Source: Candidatus Parcubacteria bacterium (GTDB lineage: Bacteria > Patescibacteriota > Minisyncoccia > Minisyncoccales > JAGLUP01). From it: a stretch of 64,000 bases of DNA. The stretch is from assembly GCA_023134715.1 (NCBI GenBank), contig JAGLUP010000005.1, positions 8,782 to 72,781 of the forward strand, in the 5' to 3' direction. Under the pieces are notes generated by a model that was given only the letters and a program-made list of their open reading frames with translations, made no database searches and was not told where the DNA came from. Of the stretch, positions 34,991 to 44,212 are shown piece after piece (position 1 is the first letter of the stretch; every line of letters begins with the position of its first letter). The translations under genes were made by a program, and so were the position numbers.

Positions 34991-37264
34991 GTGATAGCAA
35001 ATAATAGCAATATGATAACATTATCCACATCAATTGATAAAATTCCCAAAATTGGACCGGTTTATGTGAAAAAACTTCATAAAATGGGGATTAAAACAGT
35101 CCAAGATATTTTATATCATTTTCCTCATCGGTATGATGATTTTTCTAATCTTGTCCCTATTTCCAAAGTTAAGCTCAACCAAACTTGTTGTATTCAAGGA
35201 AAAATTTTAGAAATAAAAAACAGTAGAACATGGAAAAAAAGAATGGCAATAACCCAAGCAATAGTTGAAGATAAAACCGGCGCCATTAGAATAGTTTGGT
35301 TTAATCAGCCATATTTAACAAAAAGCTTAAAAATAGGCGACAATGTATGCTTGGCCGGAAAAGTTGCTTTAGATAAACAAGGAGCATATTTATCAAACCC
35401 TGCCTATGAAAAACTATCACCCAAGGAGCTTAGCTCCAGGAGTTTAGCTCCTTACAATTTGACACATGTTGGCAGATTAGTACCGGTTTATCCTGAAACT
35501 GAAAAGCTCTCTTCCCGCTGGCTCCGTTATATTTTAAAACCCCTGCTCTTAGAATTTAGAAATAAAATTGCCGACCCGTTGCCAGAAAAAATTATAAAAC
35601 AGGAAAATCTTTTGCCTCTAAATAATGCTCTTTGGCAGATTCATTTTCCTGATTCAATGGCTTTAGCGAAAAAAGCTCAAAACCGTTTTGCTTTTGAAGA
35701 GCTTTTTTTTATTGAACTTGCTGTTTTAAAAGAACGCCTGAAATTAAACCAAAAAGCCGCAGCTGCCGCTCCTATGAATATAAAAGTTTTGAAAAAATTC
35801 ACTAAATCTCTGCCGTTCAAACTAACTGATGACCAAAAAAAATCCGCATGGCAGATTTTAAAAGATTTGGGAAAATCAATGCCAATGAACCGGCTTTTAG
35901 AAGGAGATGTTGGGTCGGGAAAAACAGTAGTAGCGGTAATGGCCGCTTTAAATACAGTTAAAGCTGGCTTGCAGGCAACTATTATGGCCCCAACTGAAAT
36001 CCTGACAAAACAGCATTTCAAAGAAATCTCTCACTTGCTTTATCCTTTTAAAATCTCTGTCGCGCTTCTTACTGGCAAAGAAGACAAGCTCGCTTCAAAA
36101 AAACTAAAAAACGAAACAATTGAAATCTCCCGTAAAAAATTGCTGGAAAATGTAAAAAACGGAAAGATTGATATTTTAATAGGAACCCACGCTTTAATTT
36201 CTCCTTCCAGTTCCAGGGTCTCCAGTTTCTTTTATAAAGACCTTGAAGAATTTGGATTTAAACCCAAAAAAATAAAAAAGAATAGAGTGAAATTTAAAAA
36301 TTTAGGATTAGTAATAATTGACGAACAGCATCGCTTTGGCATAGAACAACGCGCGCGGCTTTGTGAAAGCTATAGCGAAGATACAAAATTTAGCGATTAT
36401 GAAAACAGCAAAGGAGTTTTAATTCCTCATTTATTATCTATGACTGCCACGCCTATTCCTCGCACACTAGCTTTAACAATTTACGGTGACTTAGATTTAT
36501 CTTTAATTAATGAATTGCCGAAAGGAAGAAAAAAAATCATTACTGAGATAGTGGCTCCTGCGGACAGGCAAAAAACATATAACTTTATTAAGAAAGAAGT
36601 TAAAAAAGGAAGAAGGGTTTTTGTTGTCTGTCCAAGAATAGAAAAAAACGAAAAAAAAGATGGTTTGCCATGGACTGATGTTAAAGCGGTAAAAGAAGAA
36701 TATGAAAAATTATCAAAAAAAATCTTTCCAAATTTAAAAGTAGGAATGCTTCACGGAAAACTTAAATCAAAAGAAAAAGAAAAAATAATGAGGGATTTTA
36801 AGATTGGCAAAATTGAAATTTTGGTCTCTACTTCGGTAATTGAAGTAGGGATTGATATTCCAGAAGCAACCGTAATGATGATTGAGGGCGCGGATAGGTT
36901 TGGATTAGCTCAGCTTCACCAATTCAGAGGACGAGTCGGCAGAAGCAAACATCAGTCATATTGCTTTCTTTTTACTGACTCTCCGTCTAAAAAAACAAGG
37001 CAGCGGTTAAAAGCTCTTGTAAAATGTGAAAGCGGTTTTGATTTATCAGAACAAGATTTAAAAATCCGGGGTCCAGGGGAAATCTACGGAGTAAGACAAT
37101 GGGGGATTCCTGATTTAGCTATGGACGCATTAAAAAATCTGCCTTTGGTTGAAAAAACCCGTGAATCTGTTAAACAATTATTAGAGCAGGACCCGGAATT
37201 AAAAAAATTCCCGCTTCTGCGAGAACGCCTCAAAGGATTCCGCGCAAAAATCCACCTTGAGTGA
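34991..37264 (+). CDS. recG: ATP-dependent DNA helicase RecG (with lineage-specific insertions)
   Basis: It has GDVGSGKT, DEQHRFG, MTATPIPRT and QLHQFRGRVGR motifs. The start is GTG at 34991 or ATG at 35012. Confidence 0.9.
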   Translation: MIANNSNMITLSTSIDKIPKIGPVYVKKLHKMGIKTVQDILYHFPHRYDDFSNLVPISKVKLNQTCCIQGKILEIKNSRTWKKRMAITQAIVEDKTGAIRIVWFNQPYLTKSLKIGDNVCLAGKVALDKQGAYLSNPAYEKLSPKELSSRSLAPYNLTHVGRLVPVYPETEKLSSRWLRYILKPLLLEFRNKIADPLPEKIIKQENLLPLNNALWQIHFPDSMALAKKAQNRFAFEELFFIELAVLKERLKLNQKAAAAAPMNIKVLKKFTKSLPFKLTDDQKKSAWQILKDLGKSMPMNRLLEGDVGSGKTVVAVMAALNTVKAGLQATIMAPTEILTKQHFKEISHLLYPFKISVALLTGKEDKLASKKLKNETIEISRKKLLENVKNGKIDILIGTHALISPSSSRVSSFFYKDLEEFGFKPKKIKKNRVKFKNLGLVIIDEQHRFGIEQRARLCESYSEDTKFSDYENSKGVLIPHLLSMTATPIPRTLALTIYGDLDLSLINELPKGRKKIITEIVAPADRQKTYNFIKKEVKKGRRVFVVCPRIEKNEKKDGLPWTDVKAVKEEYEKLSKKIFPNLKVGMLHGKLKSKEKEKIMRDFKIGKIEILVSTSVIEVGIDIPEATVMMIEGADRFGLAQLHQFRGRVGRSKHQSYCFLFTDSPSKKTRQRLKALVKCESGFDLSEQDLKIRGPGEIYGVRQWGIPDLAMDALKNLPLVEKTRESVKQLLEQDPELKKFPLLRERLKGFRAKIHLE

Positions 37265-37268
37265 AACT

Positions 37269-38174
37269 TCACAAGAATCCCAAAAGCACGGCCAAAAATA
37301 TAATGCCAAAAGGAAGCGCGATAGAAAGAAGGTTTGCGTTATATTGTACATCAAGTTTATTTTCCTGCGAAAATATAAGGGTTACAAAACTTGGCGGAAG
37401 TGACGCGCCAACTATTACCGCAACCTTCTCAACACCAGTTAAATTAAATAAAGAAGTTAATAAAAACCCAAGCGCAAGACCTATGGAAGTTTTAAGTAAA
37501 ATCTCAATCGCAGGCAATTTAAAAGAAGATATAATCGGACGAAACTCAAGCCCCAACATAAGCATAACTAAAACCAAAACACTTCCTCCAACAATATCCA
37601 AAAAATTGGACAAAAAAGCGTTTTGAAATCCAATAAGATTAAAAGCCAGACCAATAAAAATCGCCCATATTATCGGCGATTTTAACAATTTTACAACCGC
37701 ATCTTTTGTCCGAGCGCTATCATTTCCGAAACGGCAAGAGATAAAGTAGACAACAGTAAATAAAAAAATAGCATTTGCAAGATCAAACAAAACTATCCGA
37801 GAAAGACCCAGTTCTCCAAAAGCAGACAGCATAAACGCATATCCCAATGTTCCTCCCTCAAGCGTCGGGAATGTCGTCACAAAAACGCCCTTTGTTTTAT
37901 GTTCTAATTTCAAAAAGCGCGCGAATATAAATCCAGCGACAGCAAGGGTTAAAACAACAATCAACCCAGATATAGGAAGATAAATCAAACTTGACTCTAT
38001 TGTCATTTTAGAAAAAGAGCCAATTATAACAGCGGGAATTACAAGATTTATAAGCAACTTGCCAAAAATCTCAGAATCCTGTTTTTTTAGTATATTTTTC
38101 TTTTTGAAAAAATATCCAATTAGAAAAATGATTATTAGAGGTAATGTTTTTTCAAGAATCATATAATGTATCAC
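37269..38174 (-). CDS. AEC (auxin efflux carrier) family transporter
   Basis: 301 aa with about 10 TM helices and an N-terminus LPLIIIFLIGYFFKK typical of AEC permeases. Confidence 0.7.
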   Translation of the reverse strand: MIHYMILEKTLPLIIIFLIGYFFKKKNILKKQDSEIFGKLLINLVIPAVIIGSFSKMTIESSLIYLPISGLIVVLTLAVAGFIFARFLKLEHKTKGVFVTTFPTLEGGTLGYAFMLSAFGELGLSRIVLFDLANAIFLFTVVYFISCRFGNDSARTKDAVVKLLKSPIIWAIFIGLAFNLIGFQNAFLSNFLDIVGGSVLVLVMLMLGLEFRPIISSFKLPAIEILLKTSIGLALGFLLTSLFNLTGVEKVAVIVGASLPPSFVTLIFSQENKLDVQYNANLLSIALPFGIIFLAVLLGFL

Positions 38175-38217
38175 TATTTAGTTATTTTAATATAAAATTA
38201 AGGCTATAACAACTTTG

Positions 38218-39759
38218 TCAATCCGATTTCCTCACCTTATCTGTAACCCAGAAGCCCATATACTTTCCTAAAGCCAAGCGAACTTGCGCGTCTATAGCTG
38301 GAAAAGCGCCAAAAAATATTAAAGCAATAGGCAAAAGAAACCACTGGAAAATTAAAGAAAAATTTTTCCATCTGCTATAGTGAGAAGGTCGAGAGGGTAA
38401 AAGAGAAAAACTTAAAACAGCGGAAACAATTATTCCAACCATAGATATGGTCATAATAACGCCTGTTAAACGAGGTAAGTTATAAGAAAGCAAACTTATA
38501 TTAAATTTTTCTCCCCCTATAATTATAGGCAGCCATCCTAAAAAAAAGATTAAAAGAGAGGCAACGGCCCAGCCCCAAAATCCCTCAATAATATTGAAAC
38601 TGCGGCAAAGCTTATCTCTAACGCAAATTTTTTTATTTTTCAAAAATCCGTAAATAACATAAGGAATTTCTAAACAGCCCCAAGCCCAGCGCAATTGCTG
38701 CTTATATTGATTGATTGCTGTTCTTGATAATGTTTTTGCCATTAAAGCGTCCATTGAAACAGGATAATATAAGGGAATTACTCGATAATCTCCATTATAA
38801 TAAAAATAAGATTTCCAAAAAATATGAGAATCGTCAGGAACTAAATTTGAAGGATAGCCAACATCAATAAATACTTGAAAAGGCCATGAATGAGAAGAAA
38901 AAGTCGCTAATTTTTCCTGCCGCTCCTGAAGCACCATCTGCCAAAAAGTGCCGGAAAGAGAAATTAAACGAGAAAGAATAGAAGCGTCCCAAATATTATT
39001 GTTATAGATTGGAATCGGCTGATAACTGCTTTTTAAAGGTTTTTCAGCAGAAAGATAGTTCCACACAAGACATGCGAAATATTGAGGAAAAACATGAGTA
39101 TCAATATCAAAACTAGAAATAATAACATTTTGATAAGGAATATTTTCCTTATCAATTATTTTTTCTTTGGCCTGTTCCAGCGCCCAAGCAGTATTAGAGC
39201 CCTTTCCAGCTATTTCCCCTGTTATATTTTGCGGATGAAAAGTAATTAAAAACCGATAAAATTTATCTCCAAATTCCTGTTTAATAATTTGAGCTGTTTC
39301 TTGGGCTGACTCTCTGACTTTCTCTTCACAAGCCAGCACAACAATCATTTTATCTTTTGGATAATTTGAATTTTCTAATGCTCTGAAAGTGGTCCTTATA
39401 ATGTCTGCATCTTCTTTATAAAAAGGCAGAACTATCAAATGATAAATATCTTTCCAATTTTTAGTTTTCGGCTCTTTATTTAACTTTTCAAGCCAATTAA
39501 TTTTAAGATGTTTTTTCATTTTTTTCCATGTAGATATCTGATAGAAAGAAAAATAACAAACTCTGCAGAGCCAATAAAGATCAAATAGAATTATAAAAAT
39601 AGCTACCCAAACTGGCTTATACCAAGAAAGAAAAAAAGCCCCAGTCAATGTTGTCAAACTGAGGAATAAAGGCAACATCTCTAAACATCTGAAAATAATT
39701 CTCTCCTTCGGACTCTCTAAATCCGATGCCTTGCTAATTTCTAAATAGCTTTTGTCCAT
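38218..39759 (-). CDS. Membrane-embedded family-2 glycosyltransferase (processive, QxxRW type)
   Basis: The GT2 core is LIVLPFYKED...VVLACEE, with a DxD-like FDIDT and QQLRWAWG, plus flanking TM helices. Confidence 0.75.
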   Translation of the reverse strand: MDKSYLEISKASDLESPKERIIFRCLEMLPLFLSLTTLTGAFFLSWYKPVWVAIFIILFDLYWLCRVCYFSFYQISTWKKMKKHLKINWLEKLNKEPKTKNWKDIYHLIVLPFYKEDADIIRTTFRALENSNYPKDKMIVVLACEEKVRESAQETAQIIKQEFGDKFYRFLITFHPQNITGEIAGKGSNTAWALEQAKEKIIDKENIPYQNVIISSFDIDTHVFPQYFACLVWNYLSAEKPLKSSYQPIPIYNNNIWDASILSRLISLSGTFWQMVLQERQEKLATFSSHSWPFQVFIDVGYPSNLVPDDSHIFWKSYFYYNGDYRVIPLYYPVSMDALMAKTLSRTAINQYKQQLRWAWGCLEIPYVIYGFLKNKKICVRDKLCRSFNIIEGFWGWAVASLLIFFLGWLPIIIGGEKFNISLLSYNLPRLTGVIMTISMVGIIVSAVLSFSLLPSRPSHYSRWKNFSLIFQWFLLPIALIFFGAFPAIDAQVRLALGKYMGFWVTDKVRKSD

Positions 39760-39837
39760 TTAGATAAAATACCAAAATTTACCCAAAATAACAAGCTTTT
39801 ACTATCAATAAATTTCAAGAGTGATTTGTAATTCGTG

Positions 39838-39911
39838 TGGGCGTATCCCGACTCGAACGGGAGGCCTTTTCGATGTCACCGAAACGCTCTAACCAACTGA
39901 GCTATACGCCC
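39838..39911 (-). tRNA. tRNA-Val (GAC)
   Basis: Acceptor gggcgta/tacgccc, anticodon arm tttcg-gtGACat-cgaaa, T-loop ttcgagt. Confidence 0.9.
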
Positions 39912-39987
39912 GAAGTGTGCGCGTGGATGGATTCGCCCCGTCATCCGACAGGGCACCCAGTTGAATAACTGGGCGAACCATTCCATG
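39912..39987 (-). ncRNA. GC-rich structured 76-nt spacer between two tRNAs (two tetraloop hairpins); identity unknown
   Basis: On the minus strand, H1 is cgcccagtt-attc-aactgggtg (9 bp) and H2 is gccctgtc-ggat-gacggggc (8 bp). The flanks tggaatggttc/gaatccatcca are partly complementary. I could not fit a cloverleaf. Confidence 0.3.
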
Positions 39988-40059
39988 TGGGCATACCAGG
40001 ATTCGAACCTGGAACCACTGACTTATAAGATCAGCGCTCTGCCCTTGAGCTATATGCCC
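39988..40059 (-). tRNA. tRNA-Ile (TAT)
   Basis: Acceptor gggcata/tatgccc, anticodon arm ctgat-ctTATaa-gtcag, T-loop ttcgaat. Confidence 0.8.
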
Positions 40060-40064
40060 TAATC

Positions 40065-41990
40065 CTATTCTATTTGCTTCACCTTCAAAGAACCAATTTT
40101 AGGAGTTTTTTTCGTCTTTTCGACGATTTTAGAACTGGAATTAATCTCTTGTTTTTTCGCGCTAAAATTCTTCCCGTTAATCAAACTCTCAAATTCAGCT
40201 CTTTCAATTATTTCTTTTTCTATCAAAACCTTGGCAATTTTATGAAGCAAGGCCTTTTTTTGAGTAAGAATTTTTTTAGCTTGATTTTCAGCGTTTTTAA
40301 TAAACTTGGCCACTTCTTCGTCAATCTGAACTGCTATTTTTTCGGAATAATTTCTCTGTTCAGAAATCTCTTTTCCTAAGAAGACCAATTCTTCTTTTTC
40401 TCCAAAAGAAACCGGGCCCAAAGATGACATTCCATATTCCTTGACTAACCTACGGGCTAATTCTGAAGCATTTTCTAAATCATTAGACGCGCCAGTGGTA
40501 ATTTCGTTAAAAACTAATTTTTCAGCTGTATAACCGCCAAGCAAGGTCGCAATTTCCGCTAAAAATTGGGTTTTAGTTTTAATCCTTGTATCTTCCTTGG
40601 GCATCTTTAATGTATAACCAGCCGCGCGTCCTCTGGCAATAATTGAAATTTTTCTTATTGGCTCTGTGCCTGGCAAAGAAGCAGAAACTAAAGCATGGCC
40701 GGCCTCATGATAAGCAGTGATCTCTTTTTCTTTTTTAGATAAAATATGCGATTTTCTTTCTGGTCCCAATAAAACTTTTTCAATTGATTCTAAAAACTCT
40801 TCTTGAAAAACCTGTTCTTTGCTGCGTCGGGCCGCTAAAATTGCGGCTTCATTAGCTACATTAGCTAAATCAGCCCCGGAAAATCCAGGAGTTCTCTCGG
40901 CTACTTCCCTTAAATTAACATCCAGGGCAATCGGCTTTCCTATGCAGTGAATTTTTAAAATTTCTTCTCTATCATTAATATCCGGCAGATCTAAAACAAC
41001 TTTTCTGTCAAACCTGCCTGGCCGAAGAAGAGCAGGATCCAAAACATCCGGACGATTGGTCGCTGCGAGAACAATGACTTTGCTGTCTTTTTCAAAACCA
41101 TCCATTTCCACTAAAATCTGATTTAATGTCTGTTCTCTTTCATCATGCCCTCCGCCAATTCCTGAACCTCGCGCTCTTCCAATAGCGTCCAACTCGTCAA
41201 TAAAAATAATAGATCTCCCATATTTTTTCGCTTCCTGGAAAAGAGACCTCACTCTCCCGCTTCCAACTCCAACAAACATTTCCACAAATTCTGAACCAGA
41301 AATTGAAAGAAATGGCACATTGCTTTCTCCTGCAACCGCGCGAGCCAGCAATGTTTTCCCTACACCGGCTGGACCTAAAAGCAAAACTCCTTTGGGAATT
41401 TTTGCCCCCATTTTTAAATATTTCTTGGGATTTTTTAAAAAATCAACAATTTCTTTTAATTCTTCTTTTGCTTCTTTTAGACCTGCCACGTCTTTAAAAG
41501 TAATTTTTTCTTTTGCCTGACCATCAGCTCCGAATAAACGAGCTTTGGCTTTAGAAAAATTAAACGCCTGCATTGCTCCGCCCTTCGCCTGTCTAAAAAT
41601 CATCCAAAAAAATACTCCAAAAAGCAAAAGAGGAAGCAGTGATATGGCGCCAAGAATTAAAAGAGAAGAAAATTCTTTTTTTTCTTTTGGCGCTATTCCG
41701 GCTTTCTCAATCTTATCCGCGCTCACTCCATAATTTATTAAAGATTCAGACAAAGCTAATTCTGGCTCTTTTCGGGAAACTGCTTCTTTATCATCAGTAT
41801 AAATAATAGAAAGCTCGTCTCCTGAAACAATAATTTTCTTAATCTTTTCCTGGTTAACATCAGCGACCAATTCGCTAAAAGATATTTGTTTTGGTTCTTC
41901 TCCCGCTTGCGAGCCGAATAAAGCAAAAATACTTGAGATAACTAAAAAAATTATGATTATAAAAATAAAATTTTTTAACGGTTTACTCAT
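40065..41990 (-). CDS. ftsH: ATP-dependent zinc metalloprotease FtsH
   Basis: It has the Walker A GPAGVGKT, the SRH motif, and the HEAGHA zinc site. Confidence 0.95.
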   Translation of the reverse strand: MSKPLKNFIFIIIIFLVISSIFALFGSQAGEEPKQISFSELVADVNQEKIKKIIVSGDELSIIYTDDKEAVSRKEPELALSESLINYGVSADKIEKAGIAPKEKKEFSSLLILGAISLLPLLLFGVFFWMIFRQAKGGAMQAFNFSKAKARLFGADGQAKEKITFKDVAGLKEAKEELKEIVDFLKNPKKYLKMGAKIPKGVLLLGPAGVGKTLLARAVAGESNVPFLSISGSEFVEMFVGVGSGRVRSLFQEAKKYGRSIIFIDELDAIGRARGSGIGGGHDEREQTLNQILVEMDGFEKDSKVIVLAATNRPDVLDPALLRPGRFDRKVVLDLPDINDREEILKIHCIGKPIALDVNLREVAERTPGFSGADLANVANEAAILAARRSKEQVFQEEFLESIEKVLLGPERKSHILSKKEKEITAYHEAGHALVSASLPGTEPIRKISIIARGRAAGYTLKMPKEDTRIKTKTQFLAEIATLLGGYTAEKLVFNEITTGASNDLENASELARRLVKEYGMSSLGPVSFGEKEELVFLGKEISEQRNYSEKIAVQIDEEVAKFIKNAENQAKKILTQKKALLHKIAKVLIEKEIIERAEFESLINGKNFSAKKQEINSSSKIVEKTKKTPKIGSLKVKQIE

Positions 41991-41991
41991 G

Positions 41992-43059
41992 CTATTTTTT
42001 TAAACTTAATATCATTGAATGCTTGGCCGGGTCAAGAGATAAAAGTTGAAACTTATATTCCTTGCCGATTTCCAAAACCTCAGCCATTTTTTTCTGAGAC
42101 CCAAATTCAGAAATATGAATTAATCCCTGGATTTTTGGGGCAACTTGGATAAATGCTCCAAAAGGATTAAATTTTGTTACCTCGCCTTTTAAAATATCAT
42201 TTTTTTTAAATTTTTTTTCAATGCCATCCCATGGATTTTCTTTTAAGGCCTTTAATGATAAAGAAACTTTATTGTCCTTGATTTCAATAATTTTCGCTTT
42301 AACCTCTTGCCCTGATTCCACTATTTTAGAAGGGTCTTCAATTAACTGCCAATCTAATTCAGAAAGATGGCAAAGCCCTTCCAGCTCTCCCTCGCCCTTG
42401 CCAAATTTTATAAAAACTCCAAAGTCAACAATGCCTGTTACTTTCCCTTCAACCATGTCTCCAACCTTATAATCCTGCAAAATCTCTTTTATTTTATTTA
42501 TCTCTTTGGCTTTTTCTGATAAAATCAATTTATTCTCTTTTAAAGATAAATCTAAAATTTTCACTTTGAGCGCCTTGCCAATAAATTTTTGCAGCTCTAT
42601 TAAAATTTTTTGCTGGTCGCCCTTCTCTACCCTAGGATAATGCTCCGAACAAAGCTGAGAAACTGGCAAAAAAGCAGAAACTCCTGAAACCTGAGCAAGC
42701 AGCCCCCCTTTATTAGCTCCGGAAATTTTTACCTCAAAAATCTCTTCTTTTTCTTTTTTTCGCCTTAATTCTTCCCAAACAAGTTCTTGACTTGCTTCTT
42801 TTAAGGAAAGCTCTCTATAACCATCTTCATTCTCTGGCTCAATTATCTTGGCAGAAACTTGAGCGCCAATTTCTAAATTTTTCAAATCATCTTTTGCTAT
42901 ATAATATTCCCTGCCATAGATTATTCCATTTCCCATAATTCCAAGGTCTAAAAAAAGAGCGGAACGGGCTTTGCCAACAACCCGGCCTTCTACAACCTCC
43001 CCAACTTTAGGCATATTTATCAAATCATCTTTAGTATCTAAAACTTTTTTATTTTTCAT
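41992..43059 (-). CDS. rpsA: S1 RNA-binding-domain protein (30S ribosomal protein S1-like, 4 S1 repeats)
   Basis: It has four repeats of G..V.G.V......G.F... Confidence 0.75.
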   Translation of the reverse strand: MKNKKVLDTKDDLINMPKVGEVVEGRVVGKARSALFLDLGIMGNGIIYGREYYIAKDDLKNLEIGAQVSAKIIEPENEDGYRELSLKEASQELVWEELRRKKEKEEIFEVKISGANKGGLLAQVSGVSAFLPVSQLCSEHYPRVEKGDQQKILIELQKFIGKALKVKILDLSLKENKLILSEKAKEINKIKEILQDYKVGDMVEGKVTGIVDFGVFIKFGKGEGELEGLCHLSELDWQLIEDPSKIVESGQEVKAKIIEIKDNKVSLSLKALKENPWDGIEKKFKKNDILKGEVTKFNPFGAFIQVAPKIQGLIHISEFGSQKKMAEVLEIGKEYKFQLLSLDPAKHSMILSLKK

Positions 43060-43138
43060 ATATTAATAGTATACATTATTTTATTTATTTTTCAACAGTT
43101 GAGTAGAAAATCAATATATGATATGCTAAAAATGGCAT

Positions 43139-43280
43139 AAATGAAAAACTGAAAACTAAAAATGAAAAACGACAAAGAAAAATTAAAAAAGATTTTAAAA
43201 ATAATAAATAATAAATAATAAATTAAAAATTTTAGATTTTAGATTGTGATTTTTCATTTTTCATTTTCTATTTTTAATTT
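43139..43280. repeat. AT-rich imperfect inverted repeat (about 34-nt arms) enclosing short tandem heptamers
   Basis: The left arm is aaatgaaaaactgaaaactaaaaatgaaaaacga, and the reverse complement of the right arm is aaattaaaaatagaaaatgaaaaatgaaaaatca (about 27/34). The interior holds (taaataa)x3 and (attttag)x2. Confidence 0.55.
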
Positions 43281-43292
43281 AGCGAAGCGAAT

Positions 43293-43949
43293 ATGAATAT
43301 TATTTGGCGCGGGCATTCTTGTTTTCAAATTACTGTTCAAAATAAAAAACAAGGACAAATAAATATTGTTATTGATCCGTTTGATGAAAAACTCGGTATT
43401 CGAGTTCCTAAATTGGAAGCTGATGTTTTATTGATTACTCATCAACACTATGACCACAATAATATTAAAGCGGTTAAAGGAAATCCGTTTTTAATTCAAG
43501 GACCAGGAGAATATGAAATAAAAAAAATTTCCATTCATGGAATTTCATCTTTTCACGACGATAATCAAGGAAAAGAACGAGGCGAAAATACTATTTACAC
43601 AATCAAAAATAACGGAATTCAACTTTGTCACCTTGGAGATTTAGGTCAAAAAGAATTAACTGAAGAACAGGTTGAAAAAATTGGTCAAATAGATATACTT
43701 TTTATTCCTGTCGGAGGAACCTATACTATTGGATCCCAGGAGGCATTAAAAGTAATTAACCAAATTGAACCCAAAATTGTTATTCCAATGCATTATCACT
43801 TGCCGAATATTAAAATAAAATTGGATAATCTTAATAACTTTTTAAAGGCAATTGGCGAAAAATCAATTGAACCCTTGGACAAGCTTTCTATTAAAAGCAA
43901 AGACCTGGAAGAGCAGGAAAAAATGAAAGTAATCGTGCTGAAACCGTGA
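43293..43949 (+). CDS. MBL-fold metal-dependent hydrolase (UPF0173-like)
   Basis: It has ITHQHYDHNN (HxHxDH) with downstream His/Asp ligands. Confidence 0.8.
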   Translation: MNIIWRGHSCFQITVQNKKQGQINIVIDPFDEKLGIRVPKLEADVLLITHQHYDHNNIKAVKGNPFLIQGPGEYEIKKISIHGISSFHDDNQGKERGENTIYTIKNNGIQLCHLGDLGQKELTEEQVEKIGQIDILFIPVGGTYTIGSQEALKVINQIEPKIVIPMHYHLPNIKIKLDNLNNFLKAIGEKSIEPLDKLSIKSKDLEEQEKMKVIVLKP

Positions 43950-44212
43950 AACATTTTTTAGAAAAACTCCAAAATAAATCTGAACGTGTAAGAAAAACTA
44001 TACTTTGGTCAATAATAATTATATTAAGTTTGTTTTTATTATTTTTCTGGTTTAAAAGTTTTAACCAAAAAATAAAAGATTTTCAAAAAAAAGACATTAA
44101 TCAAGAACTGAAACTGCCTGACTTTAAAGAAGAACTCAAAACAATTCCCAAATTTCCGGAACAAGAATTAAAAGAATTAGAAAAAATAATCGAAGAAAAC
44201 AATGGACAATAA
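43946..44212 (+). CDS. Small single-TM hypothetical protein
   Basis: 88 aa with one TM helix ([18 protein letters not shown]). It overlaps both neighbours by a few nt. Confidence 0.5.
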   Translation: MKHFLEKLQNKSERVRKTILWSIIIILSLFLLFFWFKSFNQKIKDFQKKDINQELKLPDFKEELKTIPKFPEQELKELEKIIEENNGQ

